A stretch of 63,486 bases of DNA from a virus (IMGVR_UViG_3300032283_000137:1-63486); one strand, 5' to 3'. Counted from the stretch's first letter, positions 30,329-40,404 are shown. The notes: generated by a model from the letters alone, not told the origin. Program-made: numbers and translations.

Positions 30329-30495
30329 ACAGGTTCCTTAGGCTTTGGGCCTCGTCGTAGTTGAGCAACTTGCTCCATGGTGCTGAACTTGTGCCTGTTA
30401 GCGCACTCGTATCTGCGGTAAGTTTTGTTCTCAGGTTTGTCGCGGGTCTCTAGCACCCGTGCCCATGTCCCGCACTTGGGGTCAGGACACCTCAT
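30325..30495 (-). CDS. Zinc-ribbon protein (NrdR-N/Ogr-like), absent from the ORF track
   Basis: Translated by hand: MRCPDPKCGTWARVLETRDKPENKTYRRYECANRHKFSTMEQ...; 56 aa; ATGA overlaps on both sides. Confidence 0.75.
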   Translation of the reverse strand: MRCPDPKCGTWARVLETRDKPENKTYRRYECANRHKFSTMEQVAQLRRGPKPKEPV

Positions 30496-30674
30496 TTGTT
30501 ATTTTCCTGCATCTCGTCTAACGATTCCTCTACCTTTAGTGCGGCCTTCATGCCATCCGCAAACCCCCTTTGGTATGCATCTTCATCACACCGAATTAGG
30601 TCGTTGACTAACTGCATAGTCTCTATGCATACACGGGTGAGGCTATCCAATGCAAGTTCTTTTTTAGGATTCAT
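30492..30674 (-). CDS. Hypothetical protein
   Basis: Coupled ORF; AYQRGFADG motif. Confidence 0.6.
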   Translation of the reverse strand: MNPKKELALDSLTRVCIETMQLVNDLIRCDEDAYQRGFADGMKAALKVEESLDEMQENNK

Positions 30675-30837
30675 CTTTCTTCTCCTTTACTGTTACCTCT
30701 TCCCATGCAGCAAGGTGATAAATCTCATTGTTCTCGTCTGTACACACGCTGTACATCCCGTCGATGTGGTGGAACTTCAACTCCAGCCCATTTTCTAGCA
30801 CGATCATGCTATTTCTGGGTACGTTATATAGCTTCAT
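30664..30837 (-). CDS. Hypothetical protein
   Basis: MKLYNVPRNS...FHHIDGMYSVC after aggag. Confidence 0.6.
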   Translation of the reverse strand: MKLYNVPRNSMIVLENGLELKFHHIDGMYSVCTDENNEIYHLAAWEEVTVKEKKDES

Positions 30838-31163
30838 GTGTTCTTCTCCTTTACCTTCGCTGTACCAAGTGCAAGGAACCACTCTTGAAACACATCAGCA
30901 GGGCGGCATCCTAGGTATATCCCCCTGCCATCACGCGCCTTGGTTATCGCAGCAACTACGTCTTTCCAATCGTCTTGGTTCATGCCGTAGAGTGCTTCCT
31001 TCTGTGCCCTTGCATCACACGCAATACATCCGTCAACACAGTACTCGCATTTACCGTCCTGCAACTTGTCCGCAGCCATCTGCCTCTTAGCTTGAAAGCC
31101 GCCGCCCCAGCTACCCTGCCGCCTTGCCAATTCATCGAACGCTTCATCTTCTTCAGTTTTCAT
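30834..31163 (-). CDS. Hypothetical protein with CxxC-CxxC
   Basis: MKTEEDEAF start after ggaggt; CEYCVDGCIAC. Confidence 0.55.
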   Translation of the reverse strand: MKTEEDEAFDELARRQGSWGGGFQAKRQMAADKLQDGKCEYCVDGCIACDARAQKEALYGMNQDDWKDVVAAITKARDGRGIYLGCRPADVFQEWFLALGTAKVKEKNT

Positions 31164-31335
31164 ACTCACCTCCTGCAACTGCTGCCAAGTTCTTCCAATC
31201 ATCCGGTGTTAGCTTCCTACCTAGTTCGCGCTCGTACTCCTTGACAACGGAACCAAGCCGCAGCAGCCGGTCACACACTTCTCCCGCGCCGTACTTGGCG
31301 TTGAGTTCTTCCAATGCCTTCATATCAAACTCCAT
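31153..31335 (-). CDS. Hypothetical protein
   Basis: Fills the operon with overlapping neighbours. Confidence 0.5.
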   Translation of the reverse strand: MEFDMKALEELNAKYGAGEVCDRLLRLGSVVKEYERELGRKLTPDDWKNLAAVAGGEYEN

Positions 31336-31439
31336 ACAACTAAGCCAACACCAGCCACAGCAAACAGCACAGTGAATATGGTGACCGCAATAAAAACAAA
31401 ACTAAAAATCATGTCCTCGTTTTCATCATCGTCTTTCAT
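31320..31439 (-). CDS. Small single-TM protein, absent from the ORF track
   Basis: MKDDDENEDMIFSFVFIAVTIFTVLFAVAGVGLVVWSLI; aggag RBS. Confidence 0.55.
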   Translation of the reverse strand: MKDDDENEDMIFSFVFIAVTIFTVLFAVAGVGLVVWSLI

Positions 31440-31639
31440 GCTTTGCTCCTTGCTCTGATTGCGTCTGCAATGCTTATTCGGTCACGTTGTAAAGCAGCAA
31501 GAAAGTTTTCAGCAATCTTGGCGCACTCTTCACGCTCATGTGCGGCTACCAACTCGGCAAATTTTTTGTAATCAAATTCAAGGTAGTCGGGCCACCCATC
31601 TGTTTTATGGCATTGTTCAGCAAGTTCTTTAATGTTCAT
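31436..31639 (-). CDS. Hypothetical phage protein
   Basis: AAHEREECAKIAE...ADAIRAR motif common in proteobacterial phages. Confidence 0.65.
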   Translation of the reverse strand: MNIKELAEQCHKTDGWPDYLEFDYKKFAELVAAHEREECAKIAENFLAALQRDRISIADAIRARSKA

Positions 31640-31845
31640 TTCCTCTCCCTCGCTTTCAGCATTGCGTCTGCAATTTCATAAGCGGTTTTTGCAAGCTGCT
31701 CGTAGGAAGAGCCAACGCTAGTCCTTAACATAGCCAACCCAGCGTAGTGGTCACGCATGGTCTTGTCGCGGGCAAAGCCGCCTGTCTTGCTCATCCATGT
31801 GTCGTCGCCTTTTGGCTGTGACATCAAGTGGGTTTGGTCTTTCAT
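31636..31845 (-). CDS. Hypothetical phage protein
   Basis: MRDHYAGLAM...AYEIADAMLKAR motif. Confidence 0.65.
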   Translation of the reverse strand: MKDQTHLMSQPKGDDTWMSKTGGFARDKTMRDHYAGLAMLRTSVGSSYEQLAKTAYEIADAMLKARERK

Positions 31846-32069
31846 ACGATTTCCTCCATCAGTGGGTTGATTTCGTCCAGCAGGGTTTGAATTTTGTCAA
31901 TGGTGGCGGCGCTGCTCACCCCGTACTTAGTGTGCTGGCGTAGGGTCTCGCGGATGTCGCTCAGCGTTGCCCAGTACTTGTGCCCCCATGAGGCCATCAT
32001 GAATTCAGAGGTTTCTTCCGGTATTTTGAAAACTAGTTCGGCTTGCATAAGAGTCCTTTCGTTTGACAT
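31842..32069 (-). CDS. Hypothetical protein
   Basis: Follows the polymerase stop directly. Confidence 0.55.
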   Translation of the reverse strand: MSNERTLMQAELVFKIPEETSEFMMASWGHKYWATLSDIRETLRQHTKYGVSSAATIDKIQTLLDEINPLMEEIV

Positions 32070-32070
32070 A

Positions 32071-33936
32071 TTAACACTCCCCGTAGCTATTTGCATGACT
32101 TGCTTCACACGCTACGGGTAAACCCCTAGCCCAATCAGGGGGCACAGACATGCACTCGACGATGTATGCCATGGCACTATCTAGTTCCTCCTCAGGAACC
32201 ACGCACACCGCCGCGTCATGGACTGTCAGCGCCACGCGATAGCGTTGATTTATCTTGAGCATCTGCTCCCCCACGACAACACGCGCCAAGGCTTGCACCA
32301 CGTTCTCAACCAGTGCGCCGCCCCATATGGAGACCTTGCCCTTGCGTGAGGTGTAGGCGTAGCCTGACTTCGGCCCTGTGGTGTCCAGCTTCAAGTCGGG
32401 GTAGCGGATGTATAGGCCATTGGGCAGTTGGATGCCCTCCTTAACAACCTTGAGGCAGTTGTGCTTGCCGTATGTGTAGGGCTCTGTGTCGCCCCAGTTG
32501 GCTAAATCTTTCAACACCGCATCGCCACCCTTCCATAACTGTATAACCTTGTCGTTAGCCTTGCGGTAAGTATCGACATAGCTTTGTGCTTCGTCTTCAG
32601 TAACCACGGCCCCCGGTGGCGTTGTCTTAAGCGTGTGCTGTAACTTTAATTTCCCAGTGCCATAGCCAAGGCCAAGGATGCAGGTCTTACCCACGAAACG
32701 CTCGATAGGGTTGGCTTTGGAGATGGGGCGGTCATAAATCTTGGACGCAAACACCGAGTACACATCCTCACCATCGGCAAACTGCTTCACCACATCGTCC
32801 TGACCCGCCAGCCACGCAAGCACCCTTGCCTCAATCTGAGAAGAGTCACAGTTGATGACCACATGACCATCGGGCGGAATGACTGCGTTCTTCAACGTCT
32901 TCTTCTTTTTATCCCTTGATGGAAGGTTTTGGAAGTTCACCTTGTCAGAGCCAGCCCACCGGCCTGTGTGTGCGCCGTAGTACTTCAAGGGGATTGGTAG
33001 ACGCCCCTTGTTGCGCTTGCCTACATCTATGAATCTTTCAATGCGTGACTCTTCGATGGTTGACTTTGTGCCAAGGCGCACAGCGCATAGCTGCTGAACA
33101 GTCGGGTCTTCATGCTCCAACAGCTTTAGAAACTCCTCGTCGTTCTTCGCCAACGCATAGGTCTCCTTGCCTGTGGTCTTGCTAGTCTTCATGGGGGCAG
33201 GGATGCCCCCCGCTTCCAGTAGTGCTGCAAACTGCTTGTTGCTTGCCAGCTTCTTGCGAACACTCTCAGCATCGTTGCAACCCAACGCGCCCATCAAGCC
33301 TTCCAACAACGCCAGCTTCTCCTCCTTCAGTTCGATAGCGCGGTCTTGCAGTAGCGCATCGTCAACCATGAACACCGGATGCGTAAACATCCTCAGTGTC
33401 ATATCAATGAGACCCAACTCATCGTCAGGGAACGCGCTCGACAAACCTAGCCATAACTTGTAAGTTAACTCCACGTCGTTGATACAGTAGTCGCCGTATG
33501 TAGCGAGTTCTTCTTTGGTGAAGTCCTCTCTGCGCTTGCCCTCAGCCTTGACCACCTCATCGCCTTTTTGCCCAATGCCATAGCGCGCACTAAGTGATGC
33601 CAGTGACCCACCTACGTCCACGCCGTGAAGTGCCCGCGCCATGCAAAGTGTGTCGAGCATGAACATGGGGGTGACACCAAAGTGCCAGCTTAGGATGCAT
33701 CCATCGAACAAGGTGTTGTGGCACAGCAGAGCATTAGTGTCCCACGGGAGCGTGGACAGATAGTTATGAATCTCAGCCTTAGTTCCTGAGAACCATGTAG
33801 CTGGTGCATCGTCTATCTTCACGCCCACGCCTATTACCTCAAAGCGTCTGTCGCGCACATACTCCTCGGTGGTCTGAGTCTTGAACCCAAGCCCCTTGGT
33901 GTAGTAGGTCTCAAAGTCGAGAGTGATGATGCTCAT
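32071..33936 (-). CDS. polA: DNA polymerase family A with 3'-5' exonuclease
   Basis: LDFETY, HNTLFD, HTGRW, DSSQIEARV (motif A), RFVGKTCILGLGYG (motif B), TVHDA (motif C). Confidence 0.93.
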   Translation of the reverse strand: MSIITLDFETYYTKGLGFKTQTTEEYVRDRRFEVIGVGVKIDDAPATWFSGTKAEIHNYLSTLPWDTNALLCHNTLFDGCILSWHFGVTPMFMLDTLCMARALHGVDVGGSLASLSARYGIGQKGDEVVKAEGKRREDFTKEELATYGDYCINDVELTYKLWLGLSSAFPDDELGLIDMTLRMFTHPVFMVDDALLQDRAIELKEEKLALLEGLMGALGCNDAESVRKKLASNKQFAALLEAGGIPAPMKTSKTTGKETYALAKNDEEFLKLLEHEDPTVQQLCAVRLGTKSTIEESRIERFIDVGKRNKGRLPIPLKYYGAHTGRWAGSDKVNFQNLPSRDKKKKTLKNAVIPPDGHVVINCDSSQIEARVLAWLAGQDDVVKQFADGEDVYSVFASKIYDRPISKANPIERFVGKTCILGLGYGTGKLKLQHTLKTTPPGAVVTEDEAQSYVDTYRKANDKVIQLWKGGDAVLKDLANWGDTEPYTYGKHNCLKVVKEGIQLPNGLYIRYPDLKLDTTGPKSGYAYTSRKGKVSIWGGALVENVVQALARVVVGEQMLKINQRYRVALTVHDAAVCVVPEEELDSAMAYIVECMSVPPDWARGLPVACEASHANSYGEC

Positions 33937-33938
33937 GT

Positions 33939-34397
33939 TCAGAAACGAGTAAGGGCGTTGCCAAGTCCGCTGTTTTGTGTGCCGTATTGTTGCAGCGCAG
34001 CGTTCCTTTGGGCAGCTTGTATCGCAGCATCCATTGTGGTGTTGTAAGCCTGTTGCTGCATTGCAGCGTTGGCTTGTTTTGCGGCAAGCGATGGGGTGTT
34101 TACTAGCTGTCCAAACATGGCTCGGGGGTCTGTCGTGCCAAAAGTGGATGTCATTTTTCCAACAGTGGCTATAGCTTTTTTTATATCACTATCTTCCTCG
34201 CCCGCGAGTCGCTTGAGTACAGCCTCATTGAACAGGTCACGCATCATCTCGTTACGGGCGGCTTTGTACGCTTCCCATTCATCTAAGGTGAAGTTGTCTT
34301 TAAAATCTTCTATCAGCGTATCCCATTTGAATTGCTTAACAAATTCCTCGGGGTGGTCTTTCATTCGCGCTATCAGTATCTCTAGTCCTGTAAGCAT
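33939..34397 (-). CDS. Hypothetical protein
   Basis: 152-aa ORF with aagga RBS. Confidence 0.65.
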   Translation of the reverse strand: MLTGLEILIARMKDHPEEFVKQFKWDTLIEDFKDNFTLDEWEAYKAARNEMMRDLFNEAVLKRLAGEEDSDIKKAIATVGKMTSTFGTTDPRAMFGQLVNTPSLAAKQANAAMQQQAYNTTMDAAIQAAQRNAALQQYGTQNSGLGNALTRF

Positions 34398-34431
34398 TTC
34401 TTAATCCTTAAATAGTAAATTCAATAGATAC

Positions 34432-34458
34432 AAAAAAAGGCATGGCGAACCATGCCTT
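34432..34458 (-). terminator. Rho-independent terminator
   Basis: aaggcatgg-ttcg-ccatgcctt followed by a T run on the - strand. Confidence 0.8.
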
Positions 34459-34468
34459 CTCAAGGAAG

Positions 34469-34969
34469 TTAATTCTTGATGGATTGCAGCTTGAGGGCGT
34501 ACCAAACCATCTTGTCAATATCCTCCTCAGGGTACTCTTTGTACTGCGCCCTGCTCGTGTACTTGATGACATTGCCCTTCAAGTACCCACGAAACTCATC
34601 AGGTGTTAGCTTCGCTTGGATGTAGTCAATGGTTTCGATACCGCCTACTGTGTAGTGTGCGGGGCTGTTAACCGTTTCTGCCTTAGGCTCTTCCATCGTG
34701 ATGGGTAATGGTCGATTTGCCATTGCCCTCTTCAACTCTACTGCGCGGTCAAGTTGTGACCCACGCTTGGGTGGGGTCTTAGTTATGCCGGTCATCTTGC
34801 GCGCTTCTGAGACAAGCAAATAAACATACTTGTCTGTGCATTTGAACTGCGCGGCAAGTGCCTTCACATCAGGCTTTTCCCCGTTGTGCAGTGCTTGTGC
34901 AATCATGCGCACCTTATCGTGCATCGCACCCCACTTGTGTTTCTTCAGTTTCGGTTTAGTTACTGTCAT
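34469..34969 (-). CDS. DUF3310 (T7 gp1.7/SaV-like) protein with N-terminal HTH-like extension
   Basis: VNSPAHYTVGGIETIDYI...GYLKGNVIKYTSRA...EDIDKMVWY. Confidence 0.8.
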   Translation of the reverse strand: MTVTKPKLKKHKWGAMHDKVRMIAQALHNGEKPDVKALAAQFKCTDKYVYLLVSEARKMTGITKTPPKRGSQLDRAVELKRAMANRPLPITMEEPKAETVNSPAHYTVGGIETIDYIQAKLTPDEFRGYLKGNVIKYTSRAQYKEYPEEDIDKMVWYALKLQSIKN

Positions 34970-35162
34970 GTGCCTTCTCCTTCTTTAGATGGCGTTTAAT
35001 AGATACGATGCCAGCGGATTCTGACCTCGCTATCAGCATAGAGTCTGCTAGTTGATACGCGCGGCTAGGTATGTCTTGGTCGTAAACCCCTTTCATCAAA
35101 AGACCTACCATTGCAAGCCCCGCATGGACTTCTCGCAGTTGCTCTAAATCTTGTTCATTCAT
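34956..35162 (-). CDS. Hypothetical protein sharing a motif with 31636-31845
   Basis: AGLAM...AYQLADSMLIAR. Confidence 0.6.
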   Translation of the reverse strand: MNEQDLEQLREVHAGLAMVGLLMKGVYDQDIPSRAYQLADSMLIARSESAGIVSIKRHLKKEKAHDSN

Positions 35163-35467
35163 TCAATTCCCTCTACATAAAAAGACTCAACTAACCATTC
35201 GCGCAAGTCACCGACATTGTTCTCATCAACCACGAACGCAGTACCCCCGTTCTTACGGATGTCGTATAGGTTTTTCTCTTGCAGTGCTGTGACCTTGCCA
35301 CCATTAGCTTTACACTCAAGCCCGATGAATCGTCCGCGATAGCAAACAAGAAAGTCGGGCACACCACTACTGCCGTATCCACCTGTAGCGGGCATGGCGT
35401 AGTACGCACCCAACTCCTTGAGTACCTTCTTAACTTTGTCTTTGACCTTGCGCTCAGGGGTCAGCAT
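35159..35467 (-). CDS. VRR-NUC nuclease / Holliday junction resolvase
   Basis: PERKV...GVPDFLVCYRGRFIGLECKA...TALQ. Confidence 0.88.
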   Translation of the reverse strand: MLTPERKVKDKVKKVLKELGAYYAMPATGGYGSSGVPDFLVCYRGRFIGLECKANGGKVTALQEKNLYDIRKNGGTAFVVDENNVGDLREWLVESFYVEGIE

Positions 35468-36366
35468 GGTGTCACCACATAGGTGTGGTCGTAGTGAGTC
35501 GGGCGCGTGTCGTAGAAGAACACAGCGTCAAGTGAATCGTTGTACTCATCAACAATAGGTAGCCCACAATGCATGTGATGCCCTCTGCTTTCGTAGACTG
35601 CTTTGGTCATGGTCATAAATGGAATCAAGTCAGGGTATTCCTCTATGGACTTGTAACGCTTGAAGTTCTCAATAATCTCCACGCTAGGCTCAGGTGCATC
35701 AGTCGGAACCATACGCATCTTGCCGATGAGGTAGTCGCCAAACTCGTCCACGCCTAGCATGTAAAAAGGATTCTTGAAGAACGCATCGCACTTTTCATCT
35801 TTCATACGCTTGATGCTATCAGCTTTATCACATTTGTCAAGTAAATTTTTACATTCACTTCGGTCAAGCGATAGCTTCCGACTATCAATCTCGCCATGCA
35901 AGTAGTGGGCAAGTAAGGCATGAATGGTGTCGGAGTGCGTATGAATGTTCTTCTCCGAATCCCCCATCGCCCGCCTCAGGTAGCGTACCGGAGCACCAAG
36001 CATCTTCATCTTGCGGTCAGTCATGTTTCCTACTGGCGGGATGACTTTCTTAGCCTTCAGCACACCCATCAATGAGGACAGCTTTGCGCTATGAATAGTC
36101 TCTTTGTCAGCCCTGTCTGAACCGCGCTCCTTCATGTAGTACGGCGAACGCCACGAATACTCCATCACGCCCTCGCTAGTCTTCGTGCAGTTAGCCTTGC
36201 CTATGGCAATGCCGTGTTGGTCGCACATCAGCCATCCCGTGTTAGTCTGCCGCGCCACGCGCAAGCCGTGCTTAAACACAATCTCACGCACCAGTGGGAA
36301 AGCGGGTGACTCCATCAACCTCAGTTTGATTTGGTCGTTCTCATATCCATCAAGAAATAATGTCAT
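35461..36366 (-). CDS. Hypothetical protein
   Basis: 301-aa coupled ORF with aggag RBS. Confidence 0.7.
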   Translation of the reverse strand: MTLFLDGYENDQIKLRLMESPAFPLVREIVFKHGLRVARQTNTGWLMCDQHGIAIGKANCTKTSEGVMEYSWRSPYYMKERGSDRADKETIHSAKLSSLMGVLKAKKVIPPVGNMTDRKMKMLGAPVRYLRRAMGDSEKNIHTHSDTIHALLAHYLHGEIDSRKLSLDRSECKNLLDKCDKADSIKRMKDEKCDAFFKNPFYMLGVDEFGDYLIGKMRMVPTDAPEPSVEIIENFKRYKSIEEYPDLIPFMTMTKAVYESRGHHMHCGLPIVDEYNDSLDAVFFYDTRPTHYDHTYVVTPC

Positions 36367-36548
36367 GCTTGTTCTCCTTTGTTAAAAACTTCGTTCCTTT
36401 TCTCGTCATAGACTTTTTGCAGTTCGTATATCCAATCTTGCAATGTGTCTAACATAACCACACTCGTGGGCATACTCTCCCAATCAATAGCTACTTCGCC
36501 CGCCTCTCTACTGACCGAATACTTTAGTTTTCCTAGTACCATGCTCAT
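36363..36548 (-). CDS. Hypothetical protein
   Basis: ATGA-coupled ORF. Confidence 0.6.
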   Translation of the reverse strand: MSMVLGKLKYSVSREAGEVAIDWESMPTSVVMLDTLQDWIYELQKVYDEKRNEVFNKGEQA

Positions 36549-37528
36549 ACTCCATGTCCGTATTGTTCAACTTCAACGCCATCAACCATTAGGGTGTAAC
36601 CCCACATGCTAGGCGGGTACACCTTGCCCATCTCATAGGTCACAGTCTTGAATGTGTCCTCGTTCTCCTTGTAGATTTGCTTGCACAACCTAGCCCTCAT
36701 TGCACCGAACACCTCAATCGCAGTTTTGTGGTGATGCCATGACGATGGGTTTTTAATCCTCCATCTGAAATCATTGTTCACACCAAGCGCGTAGAGAACC
36801 ATCGCATCAAGTGGTGCGGAAGACTTCATTGCCTCAGCAAGCATTAAGATTTCCTCAGGTATCTTATGTTCTATCTCATACTCAAGATAAACACTTTTAG
36901 CTGTGTCCAACCATGATTCAAGAGTCATTGCCTTGCACATGGTCTCGGTTACTGTAAAGAAGTCTTTGTGGTTAGCCATCAGCTTCTTAGATGCTTTCCT
37001 ATCAACCGACTTACCGATGATGGTGATGGGCTTCGTAGGCTTCATGGTCTTGATATCCACTCGCATACCCTTGTGAATGGGATAGAACCCGTTCCTCACG
37101 CTGTTGAATACCATCCCACCCCTTCGTGAGTCGTTACTGAAGTACCCATAGCTTGTATCGCTAAGGAACCCACGCGCACCTTGGTAGTAGCCACCGCCGG
37201 TAGCCGTGAACTCAAAGGTGTTGTCCGGACGCACCACGCCCATCTCGCAAGGTATGCGATGCCACAGCGCGTAGGTATTCTCAGTTTTGTCGTGATAGAC
37301 ATTCTTACCAGCTTTTTCTAGCGCAGCGTATTCCTCAGCCGTGATGGGCTTCTGTTTGTACTGCCACCCATACATAACTCTGAAGATGGTCTCGCCGTTC
37401 TCCTCGTCAACTAAGAAATACTTATTGTTCTGTATGCGCCCATAAAGAGGGAACCGATTAGTGCTGCCCCGATAGGGCTTCTCACTCAGGCTTATCCGAT
37501 TCAGTCGTGCGTAACTCAGGCTTATCAT
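36545..37528 (-). CDS. Hypothetical protein
   Basis: Long ORF; start MISLSY after aagga. Confidence 0.7.
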   Translation of the reverse strand: MISLSYARLNRISLSEKPYRGSTNRFPLYGRIQNNKYFLVDEENGETIFRVMYGWQYKQKPITAEEYAALEKAGKNVYHDKTENTYALWHRIPCEMGVVRPDNTFEFTATGGGYYQGARGFLSDTSYGYFSNDSRRGGMVFNSVRNGFYPIHKGMRVDIKTMKPTKPITIIGKSVDRKASKKLMANHKDFFTVTETMCKAMTLESWLDTAKSVYLEYEIEHKIPEEILMLAEAMKSSAPLDAMVLYALGVNNDFRWRIKNPSSWHHHKTAIEVFGAMRARLCKQIYKENEDTFKTVTYEMGKVYPPSMWGYTLMVDGVEVEQYGHGV

Positions 37529-37757
37529 CTTGCTTCCTTTCGTTTGTAATTTCATCTAGTGTTGACAACACATCGCGCCACAGAACCCGTGAATGTTCTT
37601 GGTCGCGGGACTCCAACGCTTCTAGGGCATGCATGTGGGCAAAGGCTCCGTATCGGTGTAGCAACTCCTCAGCCACCTGACGCGAGAACCTCATCTTTGC
37701 CTTGGGGTGCTTCTCCCACATAACATCCGTTGCTGCTATTGAAACCCTAATCGTCAT
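37482..37757 (-). CDS. Hypothetical protein
   Basis: Fills the gap in the operon. Confidence 0.5.
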   Translation of the reverse strand: MTIRVSIAATDVMWEKHPKAKMRFSRQVAEELLHRYGAFAHMHALEALESRDQEHSRVLWRDVLSTLDEITNERKQDDKPELRTTESDKPE

Positions 37758-39039
37758 AGTCCACCATGACTTTCCTTCCCGATGGAGGCTCGAACGACTT
37801 GCAATGCGTCACCATCCACAGGGTTGGACTAGAGATGTCCCACCTCACGCTGTCCTCGACATACCCGTCCGTGAACACAATCACGCAGTCCGCATTGATG
37901 CGATGCTCATTTATGTACTCACTGACACATGAGACCCTAGTTCCACCGCCGCCTTGTGGCTTGAGCATGGATGCAATGCCGGTGTAGTCACCGGAAAACT
38001 CCTGCGTCCCCGCCACCTCACCGTCCCACCAAATGATGCGAACCTTCTCAGGTGATGACACCTCGCAAATTGACACCAGTTCTGTAGCAAACTCGTTCAA
38101 CTCCTTCTCGCCAATCGAACCGGAAGTGTCAATCGCCACAACCACCTCGCCGATCGTCTCGTTGTCCATGCTTGGCAGATAGATGTCATTAGCCATGTGA
38201 CGCTTGTTCATGCGCCGCCATGTGTACTCGTCCTTACCGCGCACCGATGCAGAGACAAACTCGCGCAACGCATCACGCCAATCAACCTTCGGCTCCAACA
38301 TATCGGAGATGGCTCGGGGCATCTTGCCACCCATGCGTCCTGCAAGGATGCCGCCTTCACGCAACGCTCGGTCAATCTCCTCGTTCAACTCCTTGCGTTC
38401 CTCGTGGGACAGCTTGCCGATGTCTACGAAGTCATGCTCGTCTGCGTTAGACAAGTCATAGGTCTTACCGTTAACTGTTACGGACTCCCATTGGTCTTGA
38501 CTATCTTGCGTCCCACCTTGGGATGGGTCATTACCTTGCCCGCCGCCTGACCCACCGCCGCCACTACCCTTGCGCTTAGGCTTGGCGTGTTTCTTCAGAT
38601 AGTTGTACACCTCACGCATCGACCAGTCGTGGAACATCGCGTCATACACACCCCCATCCGGCAGCTCAACCAAGCGTTCGTTTGAGTTATTAACTGTCCC
38701 GTCGATGTTGACGATGATGTCGTTCACCACGAAGTCAGCGGCAAGGTTTGCCATCTGCCGGTTCTCGTTGAACATGGGTAGCCCGAACATAGTCTGCTTG
38801 AGCGCGATGTGCAGATTCTCGTGAAGTACCAACCCACGCACCTGTGGCTCCTTAGTTATCTGCTCAAGGAACTTGCGCCCGTACCGCTTGTTCACCCCAT
38901 CGGTGTATGCGGTAGGACAATGGTCAACCACGGCACTCGTACCCATTAGCATCACGCCCGAGTAGAGCGCAGTCTGTGGGTGTTTGAACATGGTCATGTG
39001 TGCCCGCTTGATGCGGGCGGTCTGTGCATCTTTCAACAT
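37747..39039 (-). CDS. Metallopeptidase-vWA protein (DUF2201-like)
   Basis: TAYTDG, LHENLH, NLAADFVVN, MIDAS motif DTSGS, GGGGT, FTDGY. Confidence 0.88.
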   Translation of the reverse strand: MLKDAQTARIKRAHMTMFKHPQTALYSGVMLMGTSAVVDHCPTAYTDGVNKRYGRKFLEQITKEPQVRGLVLHENLHIALKQTMFGLPMFNENRQMANLAADFVVNDIIVNIDGTVNNSNERLVELPDGGVYDAMFHDWSMREVYNYLKKHAKPKRKGSGGGGSGGGQGNDPSQGGTQDSQDQWESVTVNGKTYDLSNADEHDFVDIGKLSHEERKELNEEIDRALREGGILAGRMGGKMPRAISDMLEPKVDWRDALREFVSASVRGKDEYTWRRMNKRHMANDIYLPSMDNETIGEVVVAIDTSGSIGEKELNEFATELVSICEVSSPEKVRIIWWDGEVAGTQEFSGDYTGIASMLKPQGGGGTRVSCVSEYINEHRINADCVIVFTDGYVEDSVRWDISSPTLWMVTHCKSFEPPSGRKVMVDYDD

Positions 39040-39227
39040 TTCTTAATCTCCTCAAAAATAAAAGCTTTGCCATCGTCCACAAGTCGGACTTCCTTCTTGA
39101 TTAACCTACGCAGATGATGGACAGTCATGTACCTAAACATCCGCATCTCCTCGTGCTTCTTGACCCATAGAATCGTCATCACGATTGCCCACGCGCCAAG
39201 ATACATTTCAGCCACGCTGAATTCCAT
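39033..39227 (-). CDS. Small membrane-anchored protein
   Basis: N-terminal hydrophobic helix; ggagg RBS. Confidence 0.6.
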   Translation of the reverse strand: MEFSVAEMYLGAWAIVMTILWVKKHEEMRMFRYMTVHHLRRLIKKEVRLVDDGKAFIFEEIKKC

Positions 39228-39273
39228 AGAACCTCCTGAAAGGATATAACCCCACCCATCGGTGGGGAGTTAG

Positions 39274-40404
39274 TTAGAACAAGTCGTGATTGTTCTTCGC
39301 CCACTCAGCAATTTTTAGGTTGTTGCGGGCCAGCTTCACGGACTTGGATGTCCGCATCATCATGGTGAAGAACACACCTTGAATCTCGTTCGATGGGATA
39401 CGCTCGACATACTCCATGAACTTGCTCAGTTGGTCTTGTGTCTCAAGCACATCTACCGCTTGAAACATAATCATCAGTTGCGCGCTGATGTCCTTAGCCA
39501 CCTCAATGGTTGACGGCGCTTTGATGATGTCCGCGACATCGGTTAAGGATTTCTCCAACGCCAAGAACGCAGCCATGTCACCCGCCGCGCTGTGACCAAT
39601 CGTACCGACCAACGCAACTTGCGTAGCATGCTCACCCAACGCATCGCGGTTACGCACAATGACATCGCACTTCGCCAATGAGCGAGGAGAGACAAACGAC
39701 AACGCACCCTTATTAGGATGGAAGATGTACGGATTATCTTTCTGTGCATCGCCTTCGGTATACGATGCCAAGCATCGCGGGAACATAGCAACCCACGCGC
39801 GGATGACACGGGAAACGCCGTACTCAGTCGCCCACTCAAGCCACTCGTTCGGGGTTGGCTTCGCCATACGAACAATACACACACGATTGCCCGCATGAGC
39901 AAGCATCGAGTCACCCACGCCATCGCTTGCATTGTTAGATGTTGCGATGACGATAGACTTAGCGGTCTTAGATTCGGGCAGAGGGACATCGCCCACCATA
40001 CGCTCAAGCATGAGTCGCGTGAAGATAACTTGCAGCAGCTTGGGTGATTTCATAAACTCATCAAGCATGATGACTTTAGGCTTGCCGTTGTGGATGTCGA
40101 ACAGGCTCGACACATAGTATTCCAACTGCTGCGTCGCATGGTTGGGGATGGTCATGCCGATGTCGCTCATGTCCTTGACGGGACAGTCAACATAGATGTA
40201 GTCGTACTTGTCGCCTTCGATGCTTGTGCCATCCTTGGGCGAACGCCACTTGTCCCCGTTATCCACGGCAATCATAGACAACAGCGAGGTCTTGCCACAA
40301 CCGGGTTCGGACTGCACGACCACAGTTAGTTCCCCACCGATGAGTGGGATGATTTTCCGCAGTTCCTTGATGGTGACTGTTTGGGTGAAATTGACTTTGG
40401 ACAT
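39274..40404 (-). CDS. MoxR-like AAA+ ATPase
   Basis: SEPGCGKTS, IMLDE, ATSN, NR, SPRS. Confidence 0.88.
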   Translation of the reverse strand: MSKVNFTQTVTIKELRKIIPLIGGELTVVVQSEPGCGKTSLLSMIAVDNGDKWRSPKDGTSIEGDKYDYIYVDCPVKDMSDIGMTIPNHATQQLEYYVSSLFDIHNGKPKVIMLDEFMKSPKLLQVIFTRLMLERMVGDVPLPESKTAKSIVIATSNNASDGVGDSMLAHAGNRVCIVRMAKPTPNEWLEWATEYGVSRVIRAWVAMFPRCLASYTEGDAQKDNPYIFHPNKGALSFVSPRSLAKCDVIVRNRDALGEHATQVALVGTIGHSAAGDMAAFLALEKSLTDVADIIKAPSTIEVAKDISAQLMIMFQAVDVLETQDQLSKFMEYVERIPSNEIQGVFFTMMMRTSKSVKLARNNLKIAEWAKNNHDLF

